From Camelus dromedarius (lineage: Eukaryota), in NCBI RefSeq assembly GCF_036321535.1, contig NC_087438.1:5272001-5336000 (forward strand): DNA of 64,000 bases, read 5' to 3'. The notes below the pieces were generated by a model, which saw only the letters and a program-made list of their open reading frames with translations, was not told where the DNA came from and searched no databases. This document shows, one piece after another, positions 27,670 to 40,580 of the stretch (position 1 is the stretch's first letter; the number at the start of each line of letters is the position of its first letter). A program made the position numbers and the translations under genes.

Positions 27670-28453
27670 GTAAGGCGGGATGCTGGCTTTCTGGGTTAGG
27701 AATAATAGGCGGACAGGTTAGTAACTGCTCAGGGCTTGGAGATCTCCCTTGCCTTGGTCAGCTAGCACCAGGGCACTCTTGCCCAGTGGACTCTTACATT
27801 AACCAGAGGAACATGAACTCTCAAGCCCCAGTTCCACCACCCCCATGACCCGTGGCCAGAGAATGTGGATATCAGATCATAATTACAGACTTTCACTTAC
27901 TTGCATATTTACGAATAGAGACCTCAGTTAAAGATGTTTCATAGTGCAGTGCAGAAATGGCATTTCTCTCTATTGCTGATAACCTCTGAAACCAGTTCTA
28001 TTAAAATAAGCAGACTGTACCACCTGGATAGATGGAATCTTGATGCAGGTGCTATGATTTACAGAAGCATAAAAATAAGGGAAAAGAAAGAAAGCCCATT
28101 CTTTTGTACGGATCTGCACACTTCCTAAAATGACTTTGGCATGCATTTCAAAAAAATACCCTCATACCCCCAAATTTGCTATGATCAGGTTTTATTTGCT
28201 GTAACTCGCCATGTGGGTTTCTGCAAGTGCAGAGAAGCTCCCAATATTCGTAGCGAGTGACATCTGGGAGCATATTTCCAACGCAGTGGCTAAGAGACTG
28301 TAAGCCTTAATTATAGTCAATTTTACCAAGAACACGTAACCTTTCCTTCACTTGGGGAAGGAGAGATCCTTTCTGAAAACACAAATAAGTAGAAAATCTT
28401 CCTGCACGTTCCTTCTTCTCTGTCTTGATTGTGGTTTTAAAATGGAATTTCAG

Positions 28454-28586
28454 ACGTGTTCACATTTCTTCGGTCACCCTGGAACACTTGAATGGGGCTT
28501 ATAAAGTGGAGGAAGGAGATGGCGACATCAGGGACCCATATTTAAAGCAGCACCTGGTGAAAACCTACTTTGTAATCAACCCCAAG
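28454..28586 (+). CDS. ADCY2: ADCY2 coding exon (approx. exon 9), 133 nt, end of C1a
   Basis: Acceptor aatttcag|A, donor AAG|gtcagt; translates RVHISSVTLEHLNGAYKVEEGDGDIRDPYLKQHLVKTYFVINPK. Confidence 0.96.
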
Positions 28587-29949
28587 GTCAGTCTTGTTGA
28601 ATCTGTAATTAGCTTATGACTTCCGTGATTACAAGGGAAAGGGACAAATTACTGGCATGGAAAAGTGTTTTTAGTCAAGAGTAATTCTTTGCTAATCTTT
28701 GCCTCTAAAATTGCTTTAAATGCATATAGGTTTTGTAGCTATGAACTCAAATATTTATTAAAGAAACAGTCGGCATGAATTGCTTGTTTATATGACAGGG
28801 GTATTTTCTGTGTCACGAGGTTGTGTGTGTTAGTCAGTGTTAATCAATGTGTATGTTGGTCCGTGATGCTTCTGAAAGTCCACGATGGGTCCTGACTGAC
28901 TGTCGGGAAATTAAAGAAAGGTGAAGATTTTTCTCAGGGCTTCAGATGATAAAAATCGAAAGAGGTGAAGTAGGATGAAAAGATAAGAAAAAGGGAAAGC
29001 AGACATTTCTAAAAGATTCACAGCTAAATATCACATACACATTTGTGTGAGTACGTTCTGTGCAGACGTTTAACTTTGATACAGTGAAACCCTCCTGACC
29101 CGGAAGACCATCCCACCCGTGCAGACAGTGGCTGTCTCTTACCCTTTTCACGCCACGTGTCGCACCAGAGCAGGGGGCTTAGGGCTCTCATTTTTCACCC
29201 TTTTTCAAATTCCTGCCAACTGAGTATTATTGCTATTCACAGATTAAAAAACTGAAGCTCTGAGGGGTTATGTAACTTCCTTGAAATCACGGGCTTGGTA
29301 AATAGTGCAGATATCAGCAAGAAACACCCCTGAATTGTCAAAACCAGTGTCACAAAATCCACGAGATCAAGTGTATGGCTGTTTAGTCACAACAGCCTCC
29401 CTAAAACCTCAGTTTCATCCTTGGAGACAAACTTCCCACTCACTTGACAGCTGATCTGGAGACAGATGTGTGGCAAGCAGGAAGAATTCTGAGGTGGTGG
29501 GGCAGGGGGTGGTGCAGGGAAAGGTATGAAAAAAAATGGTGTACAAAGAACGCTGTGTTCAAGCAAAGAACACCGTGGGTATTGGAGGCCATTTAGCATC
29601 CAAAAACAGCCCCTTCTCTACAGCCATCACTTTAGGAAAAAACACAACCATCAAGAAAACATTGAAACAGATCAGCATATTCTGTTGAAGAATTAACTTT
29701 ATTAAAATGGCCTTTAAAATGGCTATTATTTGTTCCTAAGTTTCAATTACAGGTAAGTCTTGCTGTCTGAAAAAAAATCACTCAGCTGAAGCAGCTTGTG
29801 ACACTGAATACCAGTCACGCTGAAGGACTGAGGGCGGAAGCCATGGAGGGTGATGGCACGATGCTTAGCCAGAGGAACTTCTTGGGGGGCGGAGCAGGAC
29901 GGAGGGCGGGTGTATGTACCAGGTGTAGCACTTCCTTTCTCACCCCAAG

Positions 29950-30126
29950 GGAGAACGACGGAGTCCCCAGCACCTCTTCAGGCCTCGGCACACCCTCGAC
30001 GGAGCCAAGATGCGGGCCTCCGTGCGCATGACCCGGTACCTGGAGTCCTGGGGGGCGGCCAAGCCCTTTGCACACCTGCATCACAGAGACAGCATGACCA
30101 CGGAGAACGGCAAGATCAGCACCACG
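29950..30126 (+). CDS. ADCY2: ADCY2 coding exon (approx. exon 10), 177 nt, C1b
   Basis: Acceptor ttcctttctcaccccaag|GGA, donor ACG|gtaccc; translates GERRSPQHLFRPRHTLDGAKMRASVRMTRYLESWGAAKPFAHLHHRDSMTTENGKISTT. Confidence 0.94.
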
Positions 30127-30999
30127 GTACCCCCCCCACCCCCGTGCTGGGCCACAGCTAGTTCCCCAAAGCAAAAGGCATCTCCTGCCGTAATTGCTTT
30201 TGCCTGTATTGAGGCCAGCGTACCGTCTTCTCGGAGAGGCCCCTTACCAATAGCTCTCAGACAGACATCCACGAGCGCCAGCCTGGCGTTGCTGAGGGTT
30301 TTAACCTAGGATGATTTTGCATTAGAACTTCAAGCCCAAGACAGTGTAGTAACTGAATATAATTGAACTCTTTTGTTTTGACCCAAGTTTGTGTTTTGCT
30401 TTTGCTATCATGAGGTAGAAAGCCTGAGCATCTTGATAAAAGACCAGAGGAAGGCGTGGTGTCCTTGGGGTTTGTGCAGCCTCATTAGAACTGTCTCTGC
30501 ATCACCCGTGTGTCCAGGCTGTGGCAGGGGCAGCGTGCGTCCTGCTGTAGTAGCTCCTCATTTACATCATTCTAGCTTCCAACAGGGAATAAAGTCCCAG
30601 TGCTCCTTACAACAGGGACGTTTTCCGTCAGATGGCTGAAATGCAGACGGAAAACAGAAAAACTCACGAGGGAAAAGTAAATACAGTAATCACTTAGAAT
30701 AACCCCAATGGTATAGTCAGATTTTTTAAAATTCTCTGAGTAAAATTTCATGTAGAATGGCAATAACTGTATGCAGGGTGCCGTTGGGGTGAACTAGAAA
30801 ATGGGATGTTAGATAATTCTTATTAGCTGATGAGAAAAAAAATGCCAGAGAAAAGCGAGTATTTCCCATCTCCCTGTGTCGCGCACCTCCCAGCACGTCG
30901 CAGTCACACGCCCAAGCCCAGTAGGCAGGGCTTAGCGTTCTTGTTTTGTCTGAGTTCTCTCAACTTCCTTTGTTCTCAACTTCATCAGCAGTCAGCAAA

Positions 31000-31590
31000 A
31001 GGAGGTCATTAGGGGTGAGAGGCTCTGAGGTAATCATGTCTAATTTGTTCTGATACAGTGGAAAGTTGTTAGAGGGTCTTAAGCAAGGAACGGGCATAGT
31101 ATAATTAGTGCTCTGGGTGGCGGAGCAGGAGGGCTGGGGTCCAGGTGAGGATGGTCCCCTCTTGTGCTGAGATTTTAGTAGTGGAAACAGAAGCAAGTTC
31201 GGTATGTAATCTAAAAGTGGAGCAAATAAGACTTGGTGATGGAGTGGAGGTGTGTGAAAAGGAGGATCAGAGATGAATCCGTACTTTTTTTGGCTGTGCA
31301 CCTGGAAGGATGATGATACTGTTAACTGAGATGACAGACCCTCGGGAAAGGTCCAGTGATTTGGAATGGAAAAATCCAGACTTTGCTAATGGGCATCTTC
31401 CAATCCGTATGCCTTTTAGTCATCTAAGTGCCGCTGGGAAGGTGGCATTCGGATGTGCAAGTCTGGAAGTCGGGGCAGAGGTCCCAGCTGGAACTGTGAC
31501 TGACAGTCGGCAGGTTCTAGATGATGCTTGAAGCCACAGAGCTGGGTGAGATCGTAAGAAGAGAAAAGGTCCAACGAGTGGGGCCAGGGG
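31000..31590 (+). mobile_element. Degraded L2 LINE fragment
   Basis: gttgttagagggtcttaagcaagga...atactgttaactgagatg...ggatgtgcaagtctggaag...gaagccacagagctgggtgagatc. Confidence 0.65.
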
Positions 31591-32324
31591 CAACTGGGGC
31601 CTTCCAGCAGCTAGGCTTGTTAGAGGAAAGCATTCCAAGAGCCTGGAATCTAGGTGTCGGGGCCAATGGGTGCTTCTGTCCCTCCTGTGAAAAAAATTGG
31701 ATACTTTTGTCTCAACACTGCATTTATTGTCGGCACCAATGGCTAATAACTACGTCTCTCACTGATTTGTTATAAGCCGATGATTGGTTGAGTGGTTGGT
31801 GTGCTGTTTGCTTGGTTGGTTGGTTGGTTTGTAGGTTGGTTTTCAAGAAACAGGAATCATATATAAATATGTGAACATGATTTCCGTGCTGTTTCATACG
31901 TGGACCTGTGAAAACAGACCTTGCGTTTCCAGCGTGCTGCTGCTGTCGCTGTGGTTGCTAATTTCTTATCAGGCTTCATTGTCTCAGGACTTCAGAGTGA
32001 CTGTCTCCCTTACTCTGTCAGCATGGCCCCCAGGGAAAGATTTCCACCTGACTTAAGTCTGTGGCCACGTGGGGGCCAAGGTGCCTCCTTCAGGAGAGAG
32101 CTGCCAGTACTTTGAGCTTCAGGAGGTTGTGTGTAAAAGTCAGCAGACTTCTGGAGCAAGCTCAGTTTCCCTGACCAGTCACGGATACAGAGCCTCGGTG
32201 CCGCCTTAGCGGCGAAGGAGGACGCCTGGAGGAAATCCTGAGGCTTCGCTTAGCACACGAAGCCCACAGGACCGCGACTTCGCCGCGTCCCTCACTCACT
32301 TTCAGAAAGATCCCATTGGCGTTC

Positions 32325-32525
32325 TTTTTTTTTTTTTTAACATTTTTTATTGATTTATAATCATTTCACAATGTTGTGTCAAATTCCAGTGTAGAGCACA
32401 ATTTTTCAGTTATATGTGAACGTATATATATTCATTGTCACATTGTTTTCTCTGTGAGCTACCGTAAGATACTACTCAGCCATAAAAACCGACAACATAA
32501 TGCCATTTGCAGCAACATGGATGCT
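32325..32525 (-). mobile_element. Short, relatively young LINE-1 3' insertion with 5' inversion
   Basis: Poly(T) then L1 3' UTR on the minus strand, switching near 32469 to plus-strand L1 ORF2 tail (tactactcagccataaaa...atgccatttgcagcaacatggatg); TSD cattggc(g/a)ttc. Confidence 0.85.
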
Positions 32526-32937
32526 CATTGGCATTCCTATTAAGACATTCCAGGGTCGAACAACTGTCATTACCAAAGTTATTTCGTCTAATCCCCGATG
32601 CAGAACCTCATTGACTCTTGATTTAACATTGATAGAACTGGTGAATAATGCATTATTTCACGTTATGTAATAAAACTTGGAGTTCAGTTATTATTTTTTT
32701 AAGCCTTACCTTCCCTCGGGTAAATACATTTCCTGATCCCACCTTGGAGATCAAAGCCACAGAGAAAAGCTTCTTCAGAGCTGCTTTGTTCCAACTTTTA
32801 ATTTCCACCACAAATGTATGAAAGTGAACCTGGTTTTTTTTAAGTCTATTATTGCACATTTGGCCGTGGGTTCAGTGTCTGCCTCTCACTGGTTCTTTTC
32901 AGGACTCTTATGTAGATATCTTCCTTTCATCAATGAT

Positions 32938-32942
<5 letters not shown>

Positions 32943-32968
<26 letters not shown>
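32943..32968. repeat. (TA)n microsatellite
   Basis: About 13 TA units. Confidence 0.9.
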
Positions 32969-32973
<5 letters not shown>

Positions 32974-33315
32974 ATAAAACATATATATATGTTCAACGAT
33001 TCTTGATTTCACATACTTAACCCATGGTACCATTTCTAAACAGCTCAGTTCAGTGATAAGAATTGACTACAGATTTTGTGATTATGTTTGTGTTTTAAAG
33101 CATTTTTAAAATTTTTGTCTGATGCCAAAACTACATTTCCACATGATTTAAGTTGCCTACAGTAACTTTCATGACAGTCCTTGTAACAGTCTTCTGCAGT
33201 GTTTGAAATCATATCTGCACATATCAGGATGTTATTTTTTTTGTTTAATTTCACTGTTACTTATTATTGAGAGGAAGTCAGGTTTCTCACATTCCTGATC
33301 AAAATGCAGAGCCCC

Positions 33316-33648
33316 TTTGTTATTGAAGTCTAGTCAGTGTACAGTGTTGTGTCAAATTCTGGTGTACAGCATAGTGAATCATTTACATATATACATGTGT
33401 ATATATATATATATATATATATATGTTTCTTTTCATATTCTTTTTCATTATTGGCTGTTACAAGGTATTGAATACAGTTCCCTGTGCTATAGAGTAGGAC
33501 CTTGTTGTCTGTCTATTTTGTATATAGTCGTTAGTATCTCCCAATCCTGAACTCCCGATTTATCCTTCCTCACCCCGTTTCCCCACTGGTAAGTTTGTTT
33601 TCTATGTCTGTGAGTGTGTCTCTGTTTTGTAAATAAGTTCATCTGTGT
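33316..33648 (-). mobile_element. LINE-1 3' UTR fragment with internal (TA)n
   Basis: ttattgaagtctagtcag...acagttccctgtgctatagagtaggaccttgttg...gtaaataagttcat; homologous to the copy at 5840-6305. Confidence 0.88.
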
Positions 33649-33891
33649 TCAGGATGTAAAGTTTAAAAGTCCAGACAACAATCCTGATTCTTCCAACATT
33701 CTAAATATAAACTGACCGTTTAATCTTGTTTCACATTTATAATTAAGTTCTTTTTCTCCACATGGGTAATTATTTGTTACCTAAATTATATTTTCTGTGG
33801 TAAAAAAAAAAGTATGTTATACATCACTACCATTGCAAGATTCTTAAAGTATGGTTTTGGCAGCTCATAACCTTTTTGTTTTTTTTAACAG

Positions 33892-33935
33892 GATGTACCA
33901 ATGGGTCAGCATAATTTTCAAAACCGCACTTTAAG
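33892..33935 (+). CDS. ADCY2: ADCY2 short coding exon (approx. exon 11), 44 nt, C1b
   Basis: T-rich tract ttttttaacag|GAT, donor AG|gtatgg; translates DVPMGQHNFQNRTL(R); needed to keep the frame between neighbouring exons. Confidence 0.92.
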
Positions 33936-36900
33936 GTATGGTACATTGTTCCACTTTCTGATTTTTTAAATGCTTCATTTTTTTAACTTATTTCTCAAAG
34001 TAATTATCAATTACAGTCATTTTGAAGGCTACTTTGGAAAAAAAGAGCAGCTACTTGTGAAAAGCCCTATTAAGTTGCTTTCAGCCTCTAAAAATAGGAT
34101 TATTGGTGTCGTTTTATTAGCATTGAGAGGGGGAAGGAGAATGCTGCCTAGTAAACACTTGAGAACTTTTGTTTCCTTAGACGCTGCTTCTTAATGTTAG
34201 TCTGTAGTCAGTCAAGAATTGAATTTTCTTAAAATGAGTATGTTACTTCATAGGGCATTTTTGTGTCAAATCTTCCAGGTAAAACCCAGATCAGTCCAGC
34301 ATTTCTGTAGTGAAAAGAAATGTAGCTCACGCTGTTCAGAAATGTAAAAAGCCTTCCTGCCGGTGTCCGGGAGCCCTGCTGCCTGTCGTCTTCCACGAGG
34401 TCATGGGCACCAGTCCTTTCTCTCGTCTGTGTTCCTCTAGCTTTTGAGGCTCAGGGTTCTTCTTCAGCATTGGTCTGGGACTTAAGTATTTCTTATTGAA
34501 GATGTTAGGGTAATGAATGAAAGGCCCAAAACTTAAGTCAGCCTTTCTTGCCCCACAGAGACGGGAGTTTATTCCTGTAGAAAATGCGTTACATCAAAGC
34601 AAAAGATGAACATAACTAGCTGGATCGTTACCTGCTAAGTCCTCGCAGACAGCGCACGCGAGTCCACGTCCCTCTGTGCGATTTCACTTTCGCTGTAATG
34701 AGCTCTAACTTGTATTTTGTGTAAAATCTGAAATGTAGCATTGACACATAAAATTATAGGCCTATGTTATAGGGATAATTGGGTCCTTGGCCTTTTGAAT
34801 TGTTATTTTTTTACGTGGCAAATGCCCTATTAGAGAGAACTTAAGCCACTTTAAGGAGTATTTTGGACCCCGTCACGTGCCTTGAGGAGGCATGACTCTT
34901 CAGGCCAGTGAGATGCGAGCTCACCTGCCAGCAACTGCCCGCAGAAGTGTCACGGACACCCTTTCTCTTTATATTCGCTGTGTCCTGTGATCTGTCTGCT
35001 CCTCGCTGCAGGTTTGCTCTAAGAATCTATTTCCTGAAGTTACTGGGGGAAGTGCCTGGTGCAGCGCGGTGTTCTGTGGCAGTGTCTTCTGAGTGAGCAT
35101 AAGCTCTTATTTTTATCTACACCGGCAGATGGAAAATCTGAATCCATCCCTGCAGGGTCACTCCAATGTAGATGCTGTTGTCCTTGTCATTTTAGGAAGT
35201 GGGTACTGACGTTCTAGTTTAGAAGAACGACCAGAGTCATGCGTCTGGGGAGGCAAGGCCATGGTGTGCCCAGGCTCTGTGACTCCAAAGCCCGCGTTCC
35301 TAGCGGCTCCCCTGTCCTGCCTGCCCTACGGAGAGCCTCCTCCCTATAGACTCCTTCCTCTGTGGTGGCTGATCTGTGGTGGCCCCAGGCGTCATGGAGA
35401 AAGCTCGACTTCCGAGCCAGCCTCACCTGGGCTTCCCCGGCACATCCCGCCTTTGTAACACGGCCGAGGTCAAAAAACCTCTCTGAGCCTCCAGCCTGGC
35501 AGTGAGTTGGCATCACAGGGCAGTGGAGCATCATCTGAGATAATGCAGGACCTCTTCAGGAGAAAGAATGGAGAGGAATTGGAAAGAGGGCTTGGGGACA
35601 GCGAGTACTGGGGAAGCCAACAGTGGGGCCAGGGGCAGGAAGGTGGGAAACGCTGAGACACTGGAAGCCAGAGAAACAGGGCGCTGGTGGGTGAATTAAG
35701 AGCTCCTCGTGGGTGCGTGACCAGCCCCCAGGGTATCCTGTCATTTCTGTAGGAGAGGTCACAAACCTGTGGAGACAAGGAAACTATCTACGTGTTAAGA
35801 ACTGCTATCCAGAAAACGAGTGAATGCAAAGGATGCATAATAATGTGCATTTATCAGGAACTCCGTGTGCCACAGTTACCGCACCGCACAGGCATCATCT
35901 TAGCTCATCCTAACAGATTCACAGAGATGGTGCCACTGTTAGCCCTGGGCATATGGCTGGAGGATTACCTTTTCCTGTGACCTTAAGGCGCTTACACTGT
36001 TTCTTCTTAGACTTGGTGAGACTTTTCAAAAAAGAAAGCCACCCAGTGGAAGTCGAGAATCTCAAGTGCAGGCAAGGGGCTGATAAAATTAAAATGAAGA
36101 GTCATCAGTTTACTGAAGGTGGCTCCTCAGATGAGAATGAGCCCCACTGGGGGACTGCTAAGATTCCTTGCTTTTTCTAAGAGAGGGATCAAAATTAATT
36201 TGCTTCCAAATTTAGCTTGGAATTTGGCATGCTGAAACCTCTTCATTCAGTGGGCTTGGTGTCTCTAGGTGGACCACTTAATAGTATTCTGTTTTTGAAC
36301 CAAACCTGCCCTTGGCCTGTTTCAAGAAGGCAGGACCTGAAGGTAGGAATCCACAAACAATGATGTAATGTAACTGGATTACCCATCCATCTCATTAATG
36401 ATAATCCATAAGATTTAATTACAGAAAAATATGACATTGCATATTTAATACTACTCTTATCTATATAGGGAGGCAGTTCTAAGGTCAGAAAAGTATTATT
36501 TTTGTTCCAGAGTGGAAGGGCTATTTGGTGAGCAGTTTAACCACCCTCAGCACGGAGAAGCCTCGTGCTGACCCCCGGCGGACCGGGGGCTTGTCCACAC
36601 CTGGACTCAGACGCGGGCGGGCTCGGGCCGGTTTGGGAAGGGCCAGACTGTGCATAAACTCTTTACAGTAGTTGTTCAGCTTTTAAAAACAGGCATTATT
36701 TTGATTTTCTCCTTGACATCATTCTCCTGCTAATTGTCAAGTTACCCTTGGAGAACCCAGTGTTGTTTTGGCACAGTTTATTTACAAAGCATTTCATATG
36801 ACGGCTGAAGAGTATTCGCTTCCGAGGCCAAGTGAGTGGTTTGCACCTGTCAGTAGGGTTTTCTGGGAACAGCGCTTTCAAAAACTGAGGACCGTTTAAA

Positions 36901-37400
36901 TGCATACACTTAAGCTCTGACGTGTCTCAAATAAGGCTGCAGCCTCTGCACATTCTTGAAAACTGACCAAGGAAAACATGAAGCAGGAATGATTGTTTTG
37001 TCAACCAAATCAAGTTTTTGCAAGACAGGTTCCAAAGCCAGTGTGTTCTGTCACCTGAATAAAGTTTATGAAGGCAACGATTCAAGGGCTAATGCATTTC
37101 TTAGGACGGAAGTTTCTTTTATCTTAAACACTGAGTACACGTCTGTCGGTGTTACTTTTTAATTTTGTTCTAAGTGAGTTGTAAGGCAACGTTTTACTGC
37201 ACCAAAAACTCCACCCAGTTCACTCAGTGCACAGAGTGGCTCTGTGTTAACAGAGACAAGGCTGCACGTGGACTATTGTTTCCTCTTTTAAAAAATTCAA
37301 TTAACAGAATCAGAAAAAGCTTTTGGCGTCACAGAGCAATGAGCTTGCTGTTTAGTTTCGTGATGATATTCTTACCCATAATATTTCCTCCTTCATGTAG

Positions 37401-37481
37401 AACCAAGTCACAAAAGAAAAGATTTGAAGAGGAATTAAATGAAAGGATGATTCAAGCAATTGATGGAATTAATGCACAAAA
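37401..37481 (+). CDS. ADCY2: ADCY2 coding exon (approx. exon 12), 81 nt, C1b
   Basis: Acceptor cttcatgtag|A, donor AA|gtgagt; translates TKSQKKRFEEELNERMIQAIDGINAQ(K). Confidence 0.95.
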
Positions 37482-37959
37482 GTGAGTACTTTTAAATCTT
37501 AAATTATCATCCATCTCTCATTTCAACCCTATTCTTTGAAAATAATGACATATTTTCCAAAAGAATTTCACCACAAACTCGGTAATACTTATCATGACAA
37601 AGCCAAGTTCGCTGAGACAGATCATTCATTTCGCCTCAGTCATCCTTAATAATAGCTTTTGTTAACAGTATTTCATCTTCTGAAAAAATTTTAATTCCTG
37701 CCTAATAGATCCTCCCCAAGTAGCTTACTGATAAACAACATGATATGTAATCATAGACGGAAAAACGTAACATATTCAGTAAGTATTTTTTAAAGCTCTG
37801 TAGAGATTCCACATGAGAAAAACATTATTGTGTGACACTAGAGTGTTAGAAGCTGAATTCATGGAGGCAGTGGGAGGAAGACTGATTCTTTGGAGGGCAA
37901 AATATCCTTCAGTCTATGAAGCTAAGAATTGCTGTTGTCATTTTAAGTGGTCCAAGAAT

Positions 37960-38114
37960 AAGGAGGGGGAGGGTATAGCTCAGTGGTAGAGGGTGGTGCT
38001 TAGCATGCACGAGGTCCTAGGATCAAACCCCAGTACCCCCATTAAAAAATAAATAAATAAACCTAATCATCTCCCCCACAAAAATACAAATAAAACATTT
38101 TAAAAAAAATTTAC
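37960..38114 (+). mobile_element. tRNA-Ala-derived SINE (vic-1-like)
   Basis: gggtatagctcagtggtagag...tgcttagcatgcacgaggtcctaggatcaaaccccagtacc; 12-bp TSD tggtccaagaat at 37948-37959 and 38115-38126. Confidence 0.92.
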
Positions 38115-40148
38115 TGGTCCAAGAATGCAGGAGAAAAGATTTAAAGAGGGTGGTGGCTTTCATGGCCCGGACAGAATGATTACATGCACCAGCCTTCAGA
38201 TTCTCCTTAGACGCGCACGTCCTGCTGAATTCAGGGAGGACCTGAGGTCAGCGCCTCAGTCGTGCCTGGTGCTCATCACACGCTCCATAAATGTTTGTTG
38301 AGTTCCGTTGTCGTGAAACCCTTAGCAGATCCAAACGCAAAGCTTTTATGGAAAAGTTTCCATGCTTATGGAAACGTATTTAATTTTTACTGTAAGAGTT
38401 GACTCTTGGAAAGTGTAAATGATTTTCACCTAGAACTCTGCCTCCAAAATGAGTGCCTCTTCTAGAGTGTTCCTCGTAAGTGTTCATTTCAGCATATTTG
38501 CAGGACTTGTGTGAGCATCACAAGAGTGTATGTGTGTGTACGTATGAAATCGCACGTATGCACAATAAAGTGTCTTGTCGGGTCAGAGCCGCAGTTCAGA
38601 TAAGCCGGCACCTTGGGTGGGCAGCTGCCTGGTCGCTTTGCACGCTCCAGAGGGACAAAGCCTCCCAGTGCCGTCCAGCGCGCAGGGCAGGCCAGCAGCA
38701 CCCAGACAGATGCTCTGCGTCCCCTGGTACCCCGACCAGTGTGAAAGACGGTCTCAGCTCTGTCCCACTTGAAGCCTCAGCCCCTCACAAACTGAGGACC
38801 ATTGATTCCCCCGAATGTACTGGCAGCGGAAACCCAAGTGGGTCTGATGTCGTATAATGTAGGTTCACTCAACCGGAGGAGACGCTTTGTGACCCAGCTG
38901 GAAGAAATTACATCAGAAGAAAGAAGCAATCTTGTTCCTTGACAAAGTTTAGCCAATCACAATCATAACAGTACTCATTAAAAAAAAAAACAAAGAATGT
39001 GCAAGATCAGCCTCAGCAGGTCTTCAGGCAGGCCTCCTGCTTTCTGAAGCCACTTCCGTGCCCACCCTCTAGAGCCTTCCTGCTAAAGGGGTCTTAGGAA
39101 GCGCGGTTGTTGGCTTCGCTTGATTTCCATGAAGGCGGTTTGTGCGTTGTCTGTTGCGCTGTGGCATTTAGTGTGCACAGAATGCTTGGTTACCGCCTTT
39201 CTGTGTGAGGGTAATGTTTAACGTCAGCGTAACGGCTTGTGTTGTAATTTTCCCAACACGTTTCCGAAATCAAATAGGGGGAAGTGTCATGCTGTACTCA
39301 AAAATCAAAAGAGACACTTTTTTAAATGGAAGCTGTTACGCATGTATTTTTTAATTAGCTTCCCTCCCATTCTGTTGTGCCCTGCTCATTAACTCCTCTT
39401 GTTCTTTGAGAAGATGTTCTTCTGACCTTATCTGATTTTCCACTTGAGGGTTTAACAGGGACTCCAGGATTGATGTGCCATTCGGTTGTTTTCTGCTGTT
39501 GACACAAAACAGTGATTTATACGCAAATAGTCCTGTGTTCATTCATTTACTCATTTAGCAAGCATTTGTGAAAGACTGAGCAGGTTTGCTGGCGTCAGAC
39601 TTACCAAGACCCAGGGCACAGGGTCACCCCTCAAAGCCCTGCAGGAGGGGAGGAGAAATCACTGCACAGACGCCCTGTGGTCTCGACATGTGAAGTGGAG
39701 AAGGGCAGCAGAGACAAAAGGCATGTTGTGTTGGACAGAAGCATCTCGAGTTTTCTGGAGGAAGTGACACTTGACGCCTGAGCTAAATCTTGGAGGAAAC
39801 TAAGAGAAGGAGAAGGAAAGCTTCACGATGCGGTAGCAGGGCGCGGGGTCAGAGGTGGACTTAGTTCTCAGCACCGTCAGGACCCCGGCACCCTGCAGGA
39901 GGCCTTCAGGGTAAAGAGGCTTGAGTGGAAGGTCAGATTTCCTGAGAGGCAACTTACAGTGGTGGGGCTAGGCCCCAGCGAAGGGCTGCGAGCAATGGCT
40001 GTGGGATCGGATACGTTCTGGTGGTGTGTCGAGGATTCATGGAGACAGGGAGGCCCAACGGTGAATCCTGCAGAGCCAAACCAGAGCTGGCCGTGCCCGG
40101 GAAGGACGGAGCTCAGGGCAGAGGTTTTGACTCAGCCTGGGTACGTGG

Positions 40149-40580
40149 TGTTGACTGAAAACAAATTCACAGGAGAGCTGTGAATTGAGTTTTACTGGGG
40201 GCAGAATGAGGACTGCAGCCAGGGAGACAGGCTCTCAGAGAGCTCTGAGGAACTGGCCTGAAGAGGCAGGGGGCGAGCTCAGTATATACATGATTTCTGT
40301 GAAAGGGGATGAGTGTTGCTGCAGGCCACTGGGAGTGAATGTCACCGTTAGTGGTGTTAGTGCCTTTCTAGATAGGAGAAGATGCAAGAAATGGGGCAAA
40401 TAAAGTCTCCTCCTGATAGTATCTAGCTCTCTGTTCAGCCAGTTTTCCCAGAGCACAGAGCGCCTCCTTCCTGACCTCCGCCCTGAGCACCTCGCGGGGT
40501 GTGCTGTGGGTCAGCGACCACAGTGGCTCGGGACCTCATCCTTGCAGAGGCAGATGGCAAGCGCCAGCTTTTAGGTGGCA
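40149..40580. mobile_element. ERV solo LTR (ERV1-like), 432 bp
   Basis: TG...CA termini (tgttgactgaaaa ... ttttaggtggca) and artiodactyl LTR-like body (aggctctcagagagctctgaggaactg); no clean TSD. Confidence 0.7.

Noticed and set aside
37966..38042. Possible tRNA-Ala(AGC) gene
   Set aside because: It continues into a SINE body and A-rich tail, has a TSD, has sibling copies in the window and an altered B box. It is a SINE head.
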